A stretch of 64,000 nt of DNA from an uncultured bacterium (GTDB lineage Bacteria; Desulfobacterota_D; UBA1144; Nemesobacterales; UBA2774): assembly GCA_963825135.1 (NCBI GenBank), contig CAWGRW010000009.1, positions 2,240,001-2,304,000 on the forward strand, in the 5' to 3' direction. Each line of letters opens with the position of its first letter. Position 1 is the stretch's first letter. The position numbers and the translations under genes were made by a program. Below the pieces are notes generated by a model. The model saw nothing but the letters and a program-made list of their open reading frames with translations. It searched no databases and was not told the DNA's origin. Below, in pieces: positions 19,936-29,038 of this stretch.

Positions 19936-21711
19936 ATGGCGAAAAAGCAGTTCTACGACCTACAGGAATACATAAACTATTTAGAAGCCATAGGGGACCT
20001 CGTGCGCGTAAAGGCGGAGGTCGACCCTGTACTCGAAATCACCGAGATTTCCTCGCGGGTAATCAAGGAAAGGGGCCCGGCCCTCATATTCGAGAACGTC
20101 AGGGGCGCGTCGTACCCGCTCGCGATAAACCTCTTCGGGACGGAAGAGAGGGTGGAGCTTGCGCTCGGCAGAAGGCCGAGGGATGTGGGGGAGGAGCTCG
20201 TTGAATTGTTTCATAAAGTGAATCCGCCTTCATTAAAATCCTTTTTCTCCGTCCTCCCAAAGGTATACGATCTCCTTTCCATGAGGACGAAAGGCGTCAA
20301 AACCGGCGCCTCCCAGGAGGTGGAGGAGCGGCCCGGCCTCGGCAAGCTGCCGATCATCAAGTGTTGGCCCCTCGACGGCGGGAGGTTTATAACGCTCGGG
20401 CTCGTTCTCACGGAGGACCCTGTGACCAGCAGAAGGAACCTCGGCATATACAGGCTCCAGATATACGATGAAAAAACGACGGGCATGCACTGGCACCCCC
20501 ACAAGGGCGGGGCCGCCCACTACCACGAAGCAGGCAAACTCGGCAGGGACCTCGAAGCGGCTGTCGTACTCGGGGGCGACCCGAAGATGATATTCACCGC
20601 CATAGCCCCTCTGCCTGAGGGCATGGACGAGCTCGCCTTCGCGAGCTATCTGAGAGGCAGACCCATCCCGATGGTCAGGGGCAAGAGCATCTCCCTCGCC
20701 GTCCCCGCCAATGCCGAATTCGTCATCGAAGGCGTAGTTCCGCAGAATGAATTGAGGGTCGAAGGCCCGTTCGGCGACCACTTCGGGCATTATTCGATGG
20801 AGGCCGATTTCCCGGTATTCCACGTGAACGAGATAACTCACAGGCTGAATCCGATTTTCCCCGCGACTGTCGTGGGCAAGCCCCCGAAGGAGGACATTTA
20901 CCTGGGCATGGCCGCGGCCGACATGTTCTCGCCCCTTGTGAGGATAATCCACCCCGAGGTGAAGGACATGTGGGCCTATCCCGAGGCCGGGTTCCACAAC
21001 CTCCTTGTCGTCTCGGTCGACGAGCGCTACCCCAAAAACGGCATCAAGGCGATGCTCGCGCTCTGGGGCACGGGCCAGCTTCTGCTGACGAAGGTCATGA
21101 TTACCGTATCGAGCGACGTAAATCCCCGCGACTGGAACGCCGTGCTCATGGAGATCGGCGAGAACTTCGATCCGAACGAGGACTTCCTCATGATCCCCTG
21201 GGCGCCCCTCGACACGCTCGACTTCACGAGCGGGAAGCTCAACGTCGGGAGCAAGATGGGTATAAACGCGGTGCGCGGGAAGGAGGGCGGCAGGACTAAG
21301 CGCAAGGCCCCCGGACGCGTCCCCGACCCGAGGGGGAAACACAAAGAGATACTCGACTGGAGACTCCTGCCGGGCGGAATTCTGGCAATAAAACTGGAAA
21401 ATAATCCCAAGGATGTACTGAAAAAAATGTTCGAGACCCCCGGGTATGAAGACGTCAGGATAATCGCCGCCGTGAGCCCCGACATCGACGTCCACGACGA
21501 CACGGAGCTCATATGGGGGATATTCACAAGATTCGATCCCTATCTCGACGTAATATTCGAGCGGACCGAGCTCAGGGGCTCTGCGGTTCTGTACGGCGGC
21601 AGGATGGGGATAGATGCGACCATAAAAAGCTGGTATCCTCTTGTAATCGAGATGTCGGAGGACGTGAGGGAGAAGGTAGCCGAAAGATGGAAAGAATACT
21701 GGATGAAGTAG
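19936..21711 (+). CDS. ubiD: UbiD-family decarboxylase (menaquinone biosynthesis, MqnL-like)
   Basis: NLFGT, WPLDGGRFIT, NLGIYRLQ, EGPFGDHFGHY, GKPPKED, LDTLD; duplicated C-terminal domain ending GIDAT.K. Confidence 0.92.
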   Translation: MAKKQFYDLQEYINYLEAIGDLVRVKAEVDPVLEITEISSRVIKERGPALIFENVRGASYPLAINLFGTEERVELALGRRPRDVGEELVELFHKVNPPSLKSFFSVLPKVYDLLSMRTKGVKTGASQEVEERPGLGKLPIIKCWPLDGGRFITLGLVLTEDPVTSRRNLGIYRLQIYDEKTTGMHWHPHKGGAAHYHEAGKLGRDLEAAVVLGGDPKMIFTAIAPLPEGMDELAFASYLRGRPIPMVRGKSISLAVPANAEFVIEGVVPQNELRVEGPFGDHFGHYSMEADFPVFHVNEITHRLNPIFPATVVGKPPKEDIYLGMAAADMFSPLVRIIHPEVKDMWAYPEAGFHNLLVVSVDERYPKNGIKAMLALWGTGQLLLTKVMITVSSDVNPRDWNAVLMEIGENFDPNEDFLMIPWAPLDTLDFTSGKLNVGSKMGINAVRGKEGGRTKRKAPGRVPDPRGKHKEILDWRLLPGGILAIKLENNPKDVLKKMFETPGYEDVRIIAAVSPDIDVHDDTELIWGIFTRFDPYLDVIFERTELRGSAVLYGGRMGIDATIKSWYPLVIEMSEDVREKVAERWKEYWMK

Positions 21712-22796
21712 AAAAGCTCTGTTTCGATAAGTCGCTCTTCCCGATAATCGCCAAGGTCGCGGACGGCGAGCGTCTTTCTTTTGAAGACGGTCTCACCGTG
21801 ATGAACACCGCCGATCTCAACACGGTCGGCATGCTCGCCGATTACGTCAAGAGGAAGAGGGCCGGGGACAAGGTCTATTTCGTCGTGAACAGGCACGTGA
21901 ACCCCACGAACATCTGCGCCATATCGTGCAAGTTCTGCGCCTTCGGCACTACCAAGAAATCGGCTAACGCCTACGAGCTTTCGCACGAGCAGATACTCTC
22001 GCTCCTCGACGACGACATACGCGAGGTGCACATAGTGGGCGGCCTCCACCCCGACTGGAAGTTCCAGAACTACCTCGACATAGTCAGGCTCGTCAAGGAC
22101 CACTTCCCGAAGACGCACGTCAAGGCATTCACTGCGGTAGAGATAGACTGGTTTACGGAGATAAGCGGCATGGGTCTCGAAGAGGTGTTAGAGACGCTGA
22201 GGGAAGCCGGGGTCGACGCGCTCACGGGCGGCGGGGCCGAGATTCTCCACCCCGATATCAGAAAGAAGATATGCGCGCCCAAGACCGTAGCCACGAGGTG
22301 GGAGGAGATACACAGCCTCGCTCACAGGATGGGGATACCGACCAATGCGACTATCCTCTACGGGCACATAGAAGAGCCTTTCCACGTAGTCGACCATTAT
22401 GAGAGACTGAGAAATATCGAAGACAGATCGCCGGGCTTTTTCGCTTTCATCCCGGTGCTTTTCCAGCCCGAGAATACCGGGCTCAAGAAGCAGGTGAAAT
22501 TCTTCCCGGCTTCGTACGATCTGAAAATACACGCCCTCGCAAGGCTATACCTCGACAACTTCCCCCACATCAAATCCTACTGGATTACGCTCGGGGAGAA
22601 GATGGCTCAGGTCGCGCTCCATTACGGGTGCAGCGACGCTGACGGCACTATCATGCGGGAGAAGATAATCCACGACGCGGGCGCCCCGTCGGAGCTCGGG
22701 CACACGCGCGACTTCATGGTCAACATGATAAAGAACGCGGGCTTCATCCCCGTTGAGCGCGACGCGCTGTACAACGAAGTCCGGGTTTACAATTAG
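21687..22796 (+). CDS. mqnE: Aminofutalosine synthase MqnE (radical SAM)
   Basis: NRHVNPTNICAISCKFCAF, EVHIVGG, KAFTAVEI, GGGAEI, RLYLDNFPHIKSYW, PVERDALYN. Confidence 0.9.
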   Translation: MERILDEVEKLCFDKSLFPIIAKVADGERLSFEDGLTVMNTADLNTVGMLADYVKRKRAGDKVYFVVNRHVNPTNICAISCKFCAFGTTKKSANAYELSHEQILSLLDDDIREVHIVGGLHPDWKFQNYLDIVRLVKDHFPKTHVKAFTAVEIDWFTEISGMGLEEVLETLREAGVDALTGGGAEILHPDIRKKICAPKTVATRWEEIHSLAHRMGIPTNATILYGHIEEPFHVVDHYERLRNIEDRSPGFFAFIPVLFQPENTGLKKQVKFFPASYDLKIHALARLYLDNFPHIKSYWITLGEKMAQVALHYGCSDADGTIMREKIIHDAGAPSELGHTRDFMVNMIKNAGFIPVERDALYNEVRVYN

Positions 22797-22823
22797 AGTC
22801 CTACAGTTCCATATCCAGAATTT

Positions 22824-22851
22824 GTAAGAGCGGCTTCAAGCCATCTCTAAC
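22824..22851. repeat. Degenerate GTAG-type REP hairpin
   Basis: gtaagag-cggctt-c-aagcca-tctctaac imperfect palindrome downstream of mqnE. Confidence 0.4.
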
Positions 22852-22852
22852 C

Positions 22853-22976
22853 TGTCATTGCGAGAACGGTTCTGAACGTGTGCAAGAACCGGACGCCTTC
22901 GGCTGAAAGTATATAAGCAGCTAAATCAACGCACTCAAGTCGATAAATACAAATTACGGAGCGACGCGGCAATCTC
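22853..22976. repeat. REP/RPE-like element (TGTCATTGCGAG...GCGACGCGGCAATCTC) with internal insert
   Basis: Characteristic ends separated by ~95 nt containing a structured motif also present in the next element. Confidence 0.55.
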
Positions 22977-22983
22977 GTTTTTA

Positions 22984-23186
22984 TGTCATCCTGAACTACG
23001 TTTCTGAGCAGCAAGATTCCGAGCAAGCAAGGAAATGGTCACTCGTGGTTGAGTGCACGAACGTTAATATCTCTCCGCTCAGTTATGACAGAAGCCAAAT
23101 TAGCAAGAAACGGACGCCATTGGCTGAATCCAATAATGTATATATTCTCCGCTTGATCGTTTACCAACCCAGAAATTCAGGATCTC
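22984..23186. repeat. REP/RPE-like element (TGTCATCCTGAAC...ATTCAGGATCTC) with internal insert
   Basis: ATCCTGAA/TTCAGGAT inverted ends separated by ~175 nt. Confidence 0.55.
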
Positions 23187-23273
23187 ATCTTCTAACTCCC
23201 TTTTCTTAAATATGACTTGCAAACCCCTCCGTTTTGATTAATCCTTTTACATATATCAGGGGGGAAGTAAAAA

Positions 23274-23600
23274 ATGAGAAATACCGCCAAAGCGTTTTCG
23301 CTCGCAGTCATACTTGTGTCGGTGCTTGCCTTGGGAATATTCTATGCCGGGAACGAGCCTGCCTCATCACAGCAGCCCCAGGACGTAAGCTTCACAAATC
23401 AGGGCTTCGATCCCGATTTATATTCGTTCGAAGAATTGGCGCCCGTATCAGGCATTGTGGTCGCCATGGCTAACTGCGGGAACGATACGTGCTCGGACAG
23501 CCAGTGCTGCTGCCTCAACACCGACACGGGCGCGCAGTGCTGCAGGCCTAATCAGGGCGGCAACTGCGTAGAGTCCTGCAAGAAAAGCAACCCGTGTTAA
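23274..23600 (+). CDS. Secreted small protein with C-terminal 10-Cys domain
   Basis: Signal peptide, acidic spacer, then CGNDTCSDSQCCCLNTDTGAQCCRPNQGGNCVESCKKSNPC. Confidence 0.8.
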   Translation: MRNTAKAFSLAVILVSVLALGIFYAGNEPASSQQPQDVSFTNQGFDPDLYSFEELAPVSGIVVAMANCGNDTCSDSQCCCLNTDTGAQCCRPNQGGNCVESCKKSNPC

Positions 23601-23753
23601 CTTGCGAGGCACTTGGCGATACAAGCTGGGTCGAATAACGAAGTGCTTTTTAAGGTTGTGTTAAATTTCCCCAAATTCTCAAATTCCCCCTTGAAATGTG
23701 AGAAATAGTACTTATTATATCTCTAATTAATTTTCAGGAATGGGGTGAAATAA

Positions 23754-24038
23754 ATGATTAATACGGACAATTTAAATCATACGGGCACAAAGTTCTCCCG
23801 CAGTTTCTACGTGGGGAACATAAAAAAGGCCACTTTGCACAAGCCCGTCGACGACCTGAACGAAAAGGAACATGACCAGTTCACGTGCCTTTCCGAGCAG
23901 ATGAAATGGGGAAAGGATAACGGCTACAACCTCGTGCTGACGCGCGACAGCGAGCAGATAGACTGCTGGATGATACGGGATACCTCCATGGACGACCTGA
24001 ACCCGCTCTTCAAGAAGACGATCCTCCAGGTTTTCTGA
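23754..24038 (+). CDS. Hypothetical protein, 94 aa
   Basis: GGGGTG SD, AT-rich promoter-like region upstream, codon usage like neighbouring genes. Confidence 0.6.
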   Translation: MINTDNLNHTGTKFSRSFYVGNIKKATLHKPVDDLNEKEHDQFTCLSEQMKWGKDNGYNLVLTRDSEQIDCWMIRDTSMDDLNPLFKKTILQVF

Positions 24039-24252
24039 TTCACACAAAATCGACAATACGCCCATAAATAATAATTATTGAATGAATTGCGGATAAAAGG
24101 CCGCGGGGGATGTTTTTTGCGGACGCGGGCCTCTCTTCTGACCGGGTTACAATCAAATTGATTTTGTTTCATACCGGGGTGCAGCTTTTCTAAACCTCGA
24201 AATAGTGTTAATATGTTGAATAGATTATCGTGATACGCGGCCGGAGCAATAT

Positions 24253-24579
24253 ATGAGTGATTATGACGCCATAATCGAAAAACTGAGAATTAAGAAAGCG
24301 GAGCTCGAAAACAGACTCAACAAGGTCGAGTCCTCCATGAGAAAGACCTATGCCAAAGATTCGCAGGAGCAGTCGATCGAGCGTGAGAACGACGAGGTTG
24401 TGGAAGCCCTCGACGAGAACATCCGGACGGAATTGAACCAGATCAACACTGCGCTTGCCCGCGTGGAAAAGAACCAGTACGGCATATGCGCCGTTTGCGA
24501 CGACCCCATACCAGTCGCGCGTCTCGAAGCGCTGCCCTACACGGACCGCTGTGTGAGCTGCGCCAGCGAATCCGAGTAG
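24253..24579 (+). CDS. TraR/DksA C4-type zinc finger protein
   Basis: Coiled coil then YGICAVC..PIPVARLEALPYTDRCVSCA. Confidence 0.92.
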   Translation: MSDYDAIIEKLRIKKAELENRLNKVESSMRKTYAKDSQEQSIERENDEVVEALDENIRTELNQINTALARVEKNQYGICAVCDDPIPVARLEALPYTDRCVSCASESE

Positions 24580-24742
24580 TCCCAAATCCCCCGAAACAGC
24601 CGTTTTACCCCTTATCGCATACGTTTATCCCGCTTATTGTTAAGTTACTGTTAACTTTTTTGACTTGAAAATGCTTTCGGTTTATAAAATTCACTGAATA
24701 ACGTTCGGTTGAATTTTCTCGCGCAGGCGGAGGCATTGGTCT

Positions 24743-25090
24743 ATGGAGATGAAGGTTATAAGGGAAGACGACGAATTGACCCACGTGAAGCTTTCCGGAA
24801 GGGTCGATCTGGAGGGGATCGGGGACCTCGACCTCGAATTTACGAGACATACGGTTACACGCAGGAAACCGACGCTTGTTGACATATCCGACGTCGATTA
24901 CATCGCCTCCATCGGCCTCAGAATGCTCGTGACCGCCGCAAAAGCGCTCAACAAGTTCGGCGCCAGACTGGTCCTTCTCAACCCTCACCCCGACGTCGAA
25001 GACGTGTTGAGGACGGCGGGCTTCGATAAGGTAATGCCCATAGAGTACGATTACGAGAGCGCGCTCGAGACGCTTAAGACGGCCGCTTGA
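24743..25090 (+). CDS. STAS anti-sigma factor antagonist
   Basis: LSGRVD, DISDVDYIASIGLRML (phosphorylatable Ser), VLRTAGF. Confidence 0.9.
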   Translation: MEMKVIREDDELTHVKLSGRVDLEGIGDLDLEFTRHTVTRRKPTLVDISDVDYIASIGLRMLVTAAKALNKFGARLVLLNPHPDVEDVLRTAGFDKVMPIEYDYESALETLKTAA

Positions 25091-25207
25091 GGCCGGCGAA
25101 TCGAAAAGGACGGCTTTTCCCGATTAAAAAACAATATATATCAGCGTTGTTCATATTATATCGAGCGTGTTTGACGCTATTTCGCACCCCGGACCAGGTG
25201 TTGAACT

Positions 25208-26416
25208 ATGGAAAATGAAATTTCCGAAGACCCGGCAGCCATGACGGATGCCGCGCCCGCGACTATTCTCGTCGTGGACGACGACCCGGATTTAGAGCTC
25301 CTCGTGACCCAGAAGTTCAGGCGTCAGATAAGGAACGACGAGTTTCATTTCATATTCGTCCGCAGAGGGGAGGACGCGCTCGAAAAACTGAGGGAGAACG
25401 ATATCGATGTCCTCATCACCGATATCAAGCTACCGGGCATGGACGGCCTCACCCTTATATCGAGACTCAAGGCCGAATACCCGCTCATCAGGTCGGTCAT
25501 CATCTCCTCGTACGGGGACATGAGGACTATCAGGAGGGCGCTCAACCTGGGCGCGTTCGACTTCCTTACGAAGCCCATAGACTTCGACGACCTTGGCATC
25601 ACTATTACGAAAACAATAGAAGAGGCGCTCGCCCTGAAACAGGCCGTGCATGACAGGGAGCGCCTCGCCGCGATTCGGCAGGAACTGGACATCGCCCGGA
25701 GGATACAGCTCTCCATGATCCCCGGGATATTCCCCGCATACCCGGAAAGGGGGGAATTCGAGATATTCGGCGAGATAATTACGGCCCGCGACGTGGGCGG
25801 CGACTTCTATGATTTCTGCATGATCGACGACGACAGGCTCTACTTCTCGATCGGGGACGCGTCCGGCAAGGGAGTGCCGGCCGCTCTTTTCATGGCGGTC
25901 ACGAGGACCATGGTCAAAGCCGACGCCGTAAAGGGCCTCCCTCCCGACAGGTGTCTTTCCGAAGCGAACAGGATACTCTGCATGGAGAACGAGTTCTCGA
26001 TGTTCATCACTGTATGGACGGGAGTTCTGAATACGAAGACCGGTGAAATAATATATTCTAACGGAGGGCATAAGCTCCCGTTCATTATCCGCGGAGGGAG
26101 CGGGCCGGAGACGCTCGATAACACCGAGGGCATTGCGCTCGGCGTGATAGGAGGAGATTCGCTCTACGGGTTGCGGAGCGTGAAGCTCGAGCCCGGGGAC
26201 GGTATAATACTCTACAGCGACGGTGTGACCGAGGCGATGGATAAGGACGGGAACCTGTTTACGGACAAGAGGCTCAAGGACTTGCTCGCGAATAACGGTT
26301 TTGAGAACCCTCGTGATACGGTCGGTAAGATATTGAGGGATGTCGAAGAGTTTTCCCGCGGGGTCCACCTTAGAGACGACATTACGCTACTTGCGATCAG
26401 ATATAACAAGTCATGA
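25208..26416 (+). CDS. Receiver-domain PP2C (SpoIIE/RsbU-like) phosphatase
   Basis: VVDDD, TDIKLPGMDG, FLTKP; VGGDFYD, GDASGKGVPAA, YSDGVTEA, DDITLL. Confidence 0.93.
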   Translation: MENEISEDPAAMTDAAPATILVVDDDPDLELLVTQKFRRQIRNDEFHFIFVRRGEDALEKLRENDIDVLITDIKLPGMDGLTLISRLKAEYPLIRSVIISSYGDMRTIRRALNLGAFDFLTKPIDFDDLGITITKTIEEALALKQAVHDRERLAAIRQELDIARRIQLSMIPGIFPAYPERGEFEIFGEIITARDVGGDFYDFCMIDDDRLYFSIGDASGKGVPAALFMAVTRTMVKADAVKGLPPDRCLSEANRILCMENEFSMFITVWTGVLNTKTGEIIYSNGGHKLPFIIRGGSGPETLDNTEGIALGVIGGDSLYGLRSVKLEPGDGIILYSDGVTEAMDKDGNLFTDKRLKDLLANNGFENPRDTVGKILRDVEEFSRGVHLRDDITLLAIRYNKS

Positions 26417-26826
26417 ATTCCGATCTATCGATCCGGCTCAAGAACCGTTTCAGCGAATTGAGGCGTCTCAAGGGCGAGCTCCATAAATACTGTGAGTTCA
26501 GGGAGCTGCCCTCGAACATCGTCTTCGCCATTACCCTCTCGCTCGACGAGGTAGTAACGAACGTCATTTCATACGGATACGACGACCACGACGAGCACCT
26601 CATAAACGTGACGCTCCGGTCGGGGAAGGGAATTATAGAGGTATCGGTCGAAGACGACGGAAAGCCGTTTAACCCCCTCGAATTCAGTACGCCCGATCTT
26701 AAATGCCCGCTCGACGAATGGCCCATAGGCGGGCTCGGCATATATCTGGTCAAGACCTATATGAACGAGCTTGAGTACGAGAGGGCAGGGGGAAAGAACC
26801 GGCTCACGCTGAGAAAGTGGATATGA
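26413..26826 (+). CDS. Anti-sigma factor / Ser kinase (RsbW-like HATPase)
   Basis: DEVVTNVISYGY, DDGKPFNP, GGLGIYLV. Confidence 0.92.
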   Translation: MNSDLSIRLKNRFSELRRLKGELHKYCEFRELPSNIVFAITLSLDEVVTNVISYGYDDHDEHLINVTLRSGKGIIEVSVEDDGKPFNPLEFSTPDLKCPLDEWPIGGLGIYLVKTYMNELEYERAGGKNRLTLRKWI

Positions 26827-26933
26827 ACCAGTGGGTCGTCAAAAAGGCCCGCGCGAGATCCTCTCGCGGACGAGTTCCCCATAGCGTGTGCATTAGCTAG
26901 TCCGCCCTTCGGGCTGCAAGCCGGTTTAAGAGG

Positions 26934-27779
26934 TCAGTCGCGGAATTCCAGTTTGTAGTCTCTTTCATGGACTAAGTTAGGTGAATCGAGACCGGTTACC
27001 GGGTATGACCTTTCGGAAGGTCTTTCCCGTCCCGGGGAGAGCTCCTTACTTTCGAATGTCATCTCTATCGTCGTGGGTATTCCCCGTTGGTCCAGCCCGT
27101 CGTAATTATTAACGTGGACGTGAACGATATAGAAGGATTTACCCAGGTCGTCTAGATGGCACCTGACTGTATCCATCATTGTATACAAATGATGGAACTC
27201 GACTACTATCCCGGTTAGTCTCTCATAGTAGTCCTTGAGTCCGTAAAGCGAGCGGTACTCCCATCCTTCTATATCCATTTTGATGAAGACCCTGTCTCGA
27301 GCGGGAATTCTGGCAAAGATTTTTCTGAAATCCGTATAATACTCCGGGTCGTCGCCGATTTTTTCCGTAAAGTGCTTTCTGTTTCCCGAGAAAAAAGCTC
27401 GGTATTTTAGCGGCATTAAAATGTTCGGCATATGAAGTGTTCTGGTGTTGCTGATACGCAGGGTCCTGAGGAATAGTCTCATGTTTCGTATAGCGTCTCT
27501 GGTGAAGCGCCTCAGGCCAATGGTGTGGTCGTAGCAGTGAACGGGGATGCCTCTTCGCTTGTGAAAATCGGCCTCGAAAGCCCAATCCGTTCCGATCCCC
27601 AGACCAACGAGGAAATCCGTATGCTCGATAATATTTTTCGTTACGATATACCCGCCGTCGTGATAAGACCCCAGTCTCACAAGGTCATCGCGGTGCCTGG
27701 GCATCCACGCTGAAGGCAGATACGCGACACTCGATTGCTCGGAAGTATTCTCATTCATGATCGAACACCGTACCTGCAT
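26934..27779 (-). CDS. FkbM-like methyltransferase domain protein
   Basis: RLGSYHDGGY, GLGIGTDWAFE, YDHT, IKMDIEGWE, VEFH, HVHVNN. Confidence 0.75.
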   Translation of the reverse strand: MQVRCSIMNENTSEQSSVAYLPSAWMPRHRDDLVRLGSYHDGGYIVTKNIIEHTDFLVGLGIGTDWAFEADFHKRRGIPVHCYDHTIGLRRFTRDAIRNMRLFLRTLRISNTRTLHMPNILMPLKYRAFFSGNRKHFTEKIGDDPEYYTDFRKIFARIPARDRVFIKMDIEGWEYRSLYGLKDYYERLTGIVVEFHHLYTMMDTVRCHLDDLGKSFYIVHVHVNNYDGLDQRGIPTTIEMTFESKELSPGRERPSERSYPVTGLDSPNLVHERDYKLEFRD

Positions 27780-27792
27780 TATACTCTCTCAA

Positions 27793-27856
27793 TAGTTGAG
27801 GAGTAAATTCTTAATCACACTAAACGAATTCCTCTTGATGACCGGAAGGAATTTAT
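27793..27856 (-). repeat. Diverged duplicate of the mtnN 3' end (copy of 29055-29118)
   Basis: 54/64 nt identical (manual count); encodes KFLPVIKRNSFSVIKNLLLNY* versus mtnN KFLPVVARNSFEVVKNLLLNYGDDR*. Confidence 0.85.
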
Positions 27857-27938
27857 CGGGTTCGCTCCTTCCGGTTTCTCTCTATTGAGACTATAATTAC
27901 CCGGCAAACCCCATTTTCAAAACCGGAGGTCGCTAATT

Positions 27939-29033
27939 ATGGTCAAGTCCGCAAAAACAAAATCCAGGAGGAATAAGGGGAAGTCCGGCAAAAAATCATC
28001 AAAGGGAAATCCGTTGCAGTTTACATATGATCTCGAAGGTCAGAAGCCAGCGGTATGGAAGGCCGGGAATTCAAGAGAGGTCTCGGTAAGGGAGCTGCCC
28101 ATATCGAAGGGAATCGCGGGCGTTTCGATGCGGCTGAAACCGGGCGGCATACGCGAGCTCCACTGGCACGCGATCGCCGCCGAATGGGGATTCTTTATAA
28201 CGGGTAGCGCAAGGGTCACAGTCCTCAATCCCGACGGCGAGTGGGATACGCAGGAGTACGGCCCGGGGGATATATTCTTCATACCGATGGGACACGCCCA
28301 TTATATAGAAAGCATCGGAGAGGGGGAATGCCATTTCATACTAGCTTTCAATAACGGGGCTTTCAACGAGTTCAGCACGTTCAGTGTTACGGAGTGGATC
28401 GCTCAGACCCCGAAAGAGGTGCTGTCCAAAAATTTCGGAGTCCCCGGGAAGCTGTTCGATAAATTTCCCAAGAAAGAAGTTTACATGGCTCAAGGGCCAA
28501 TTCCCGGGAAGAAGTCCCTCGGGCGAAGGAGCGCGCAGAACACAGCCAAGCTCAGCCACAAGTTCCCCCTGCGGGCCCAGGAGGGAGAGGTCTATCCGGG
28601 GGGGACGGTAAAGCTGGCTACAGTGGATAATTTCCCCATCTCGGATAATATGGCCGGTGCGCTCATGACCCTCAAGCCGGGCGCCCTCAGGGAGATGCAC
28701 TGGCATCCGAACGCCAGTGAATGGGGGTTTCTATTAAAAGGTAAGATAAGAATCACTCTCTTTGCGGCGGACGAGGGATCGTTCACTGAGGAGATCGGGC
28801 CGGGCGAGGTGTTTTATATCCCTCAGGGGTGCGGTCACTATCTTGAAAATACCGGAGCCAAGGAAGCGGAGATTCTGCTGGTATTCGATAACGGCGTGTA
28901 TCAGGAAATAAGCATATCGGAGTGGATAGCGGATACGCCTCCCGAAGTCGTTTCCGCTGTTTTCGGTGTGCCCGAGAAGGTCGTTAAGGAATTCCCGAAG
29001 GAGGAAGTATTTATCTCCGGCAAAAGCCGGTAA
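27939..29033 (+). CDS. oxdC: Oxalate decarboxylase family bicupin
   Basis: Two cupin motifs RELHWH..AEW and REMHWHPNASEW, each with a downstream H(Y)IE/H(Y)LE; basic N-terminal tail. Confidence 0.85.
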   Translation: MVKSAKTKSRRNKGKSGKKSSKGNPLQFTYDLEGQKPAVWKAGNSREVSVRELPISKGIAGVSMRLKPGGIRELHWHAIAAEWGFFITGSARVTVLNPDGEWDTQEYGPGDIFFIPMGHAHYIESIGEGECHFILAFNNGAFNEFSTFSVTEWIAQTPKEVLSKNFGVPGKLFDKFPKKEVYMAQGPIPGKKSLGRRSAQNTAKLSHKFPLRAQEGEVYPGGTVKLATVDNFPISDNMAGALMTLKPGALREMHWHPNASEWGFLLKGKIRITLFAADEGSFTEEIGPGEVFYIPQGCGHYLENTGAKEAEILLVFDNGVYQEISISEWIADTPPEVVSAVFGVPEKVVKEFPKEEVFISGKSR

Positions 29034-29038
29034 TTGTA

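Noticed and set aside
22860..23130. Repeated motif as CRISPR repeat, integron attC or group II intron domain V
   Set aside because: Only two copies with irregular spacing and no cas genes; no RYYYAAC/GTTRRRY pair; ACGGTTC and GAACCG occur in the reverse order to domain V and no RT is present.
21687..23600. Radical SAM enzyme plus Cys-rich peptide as a ranthipeptide/sactipeptide cluster
   Set aside because: The radical SAM protein has MqnE motifs, no SPASM or RRE region, and sits in a menaquinone cluster; the peptide has a Sec-type signal.
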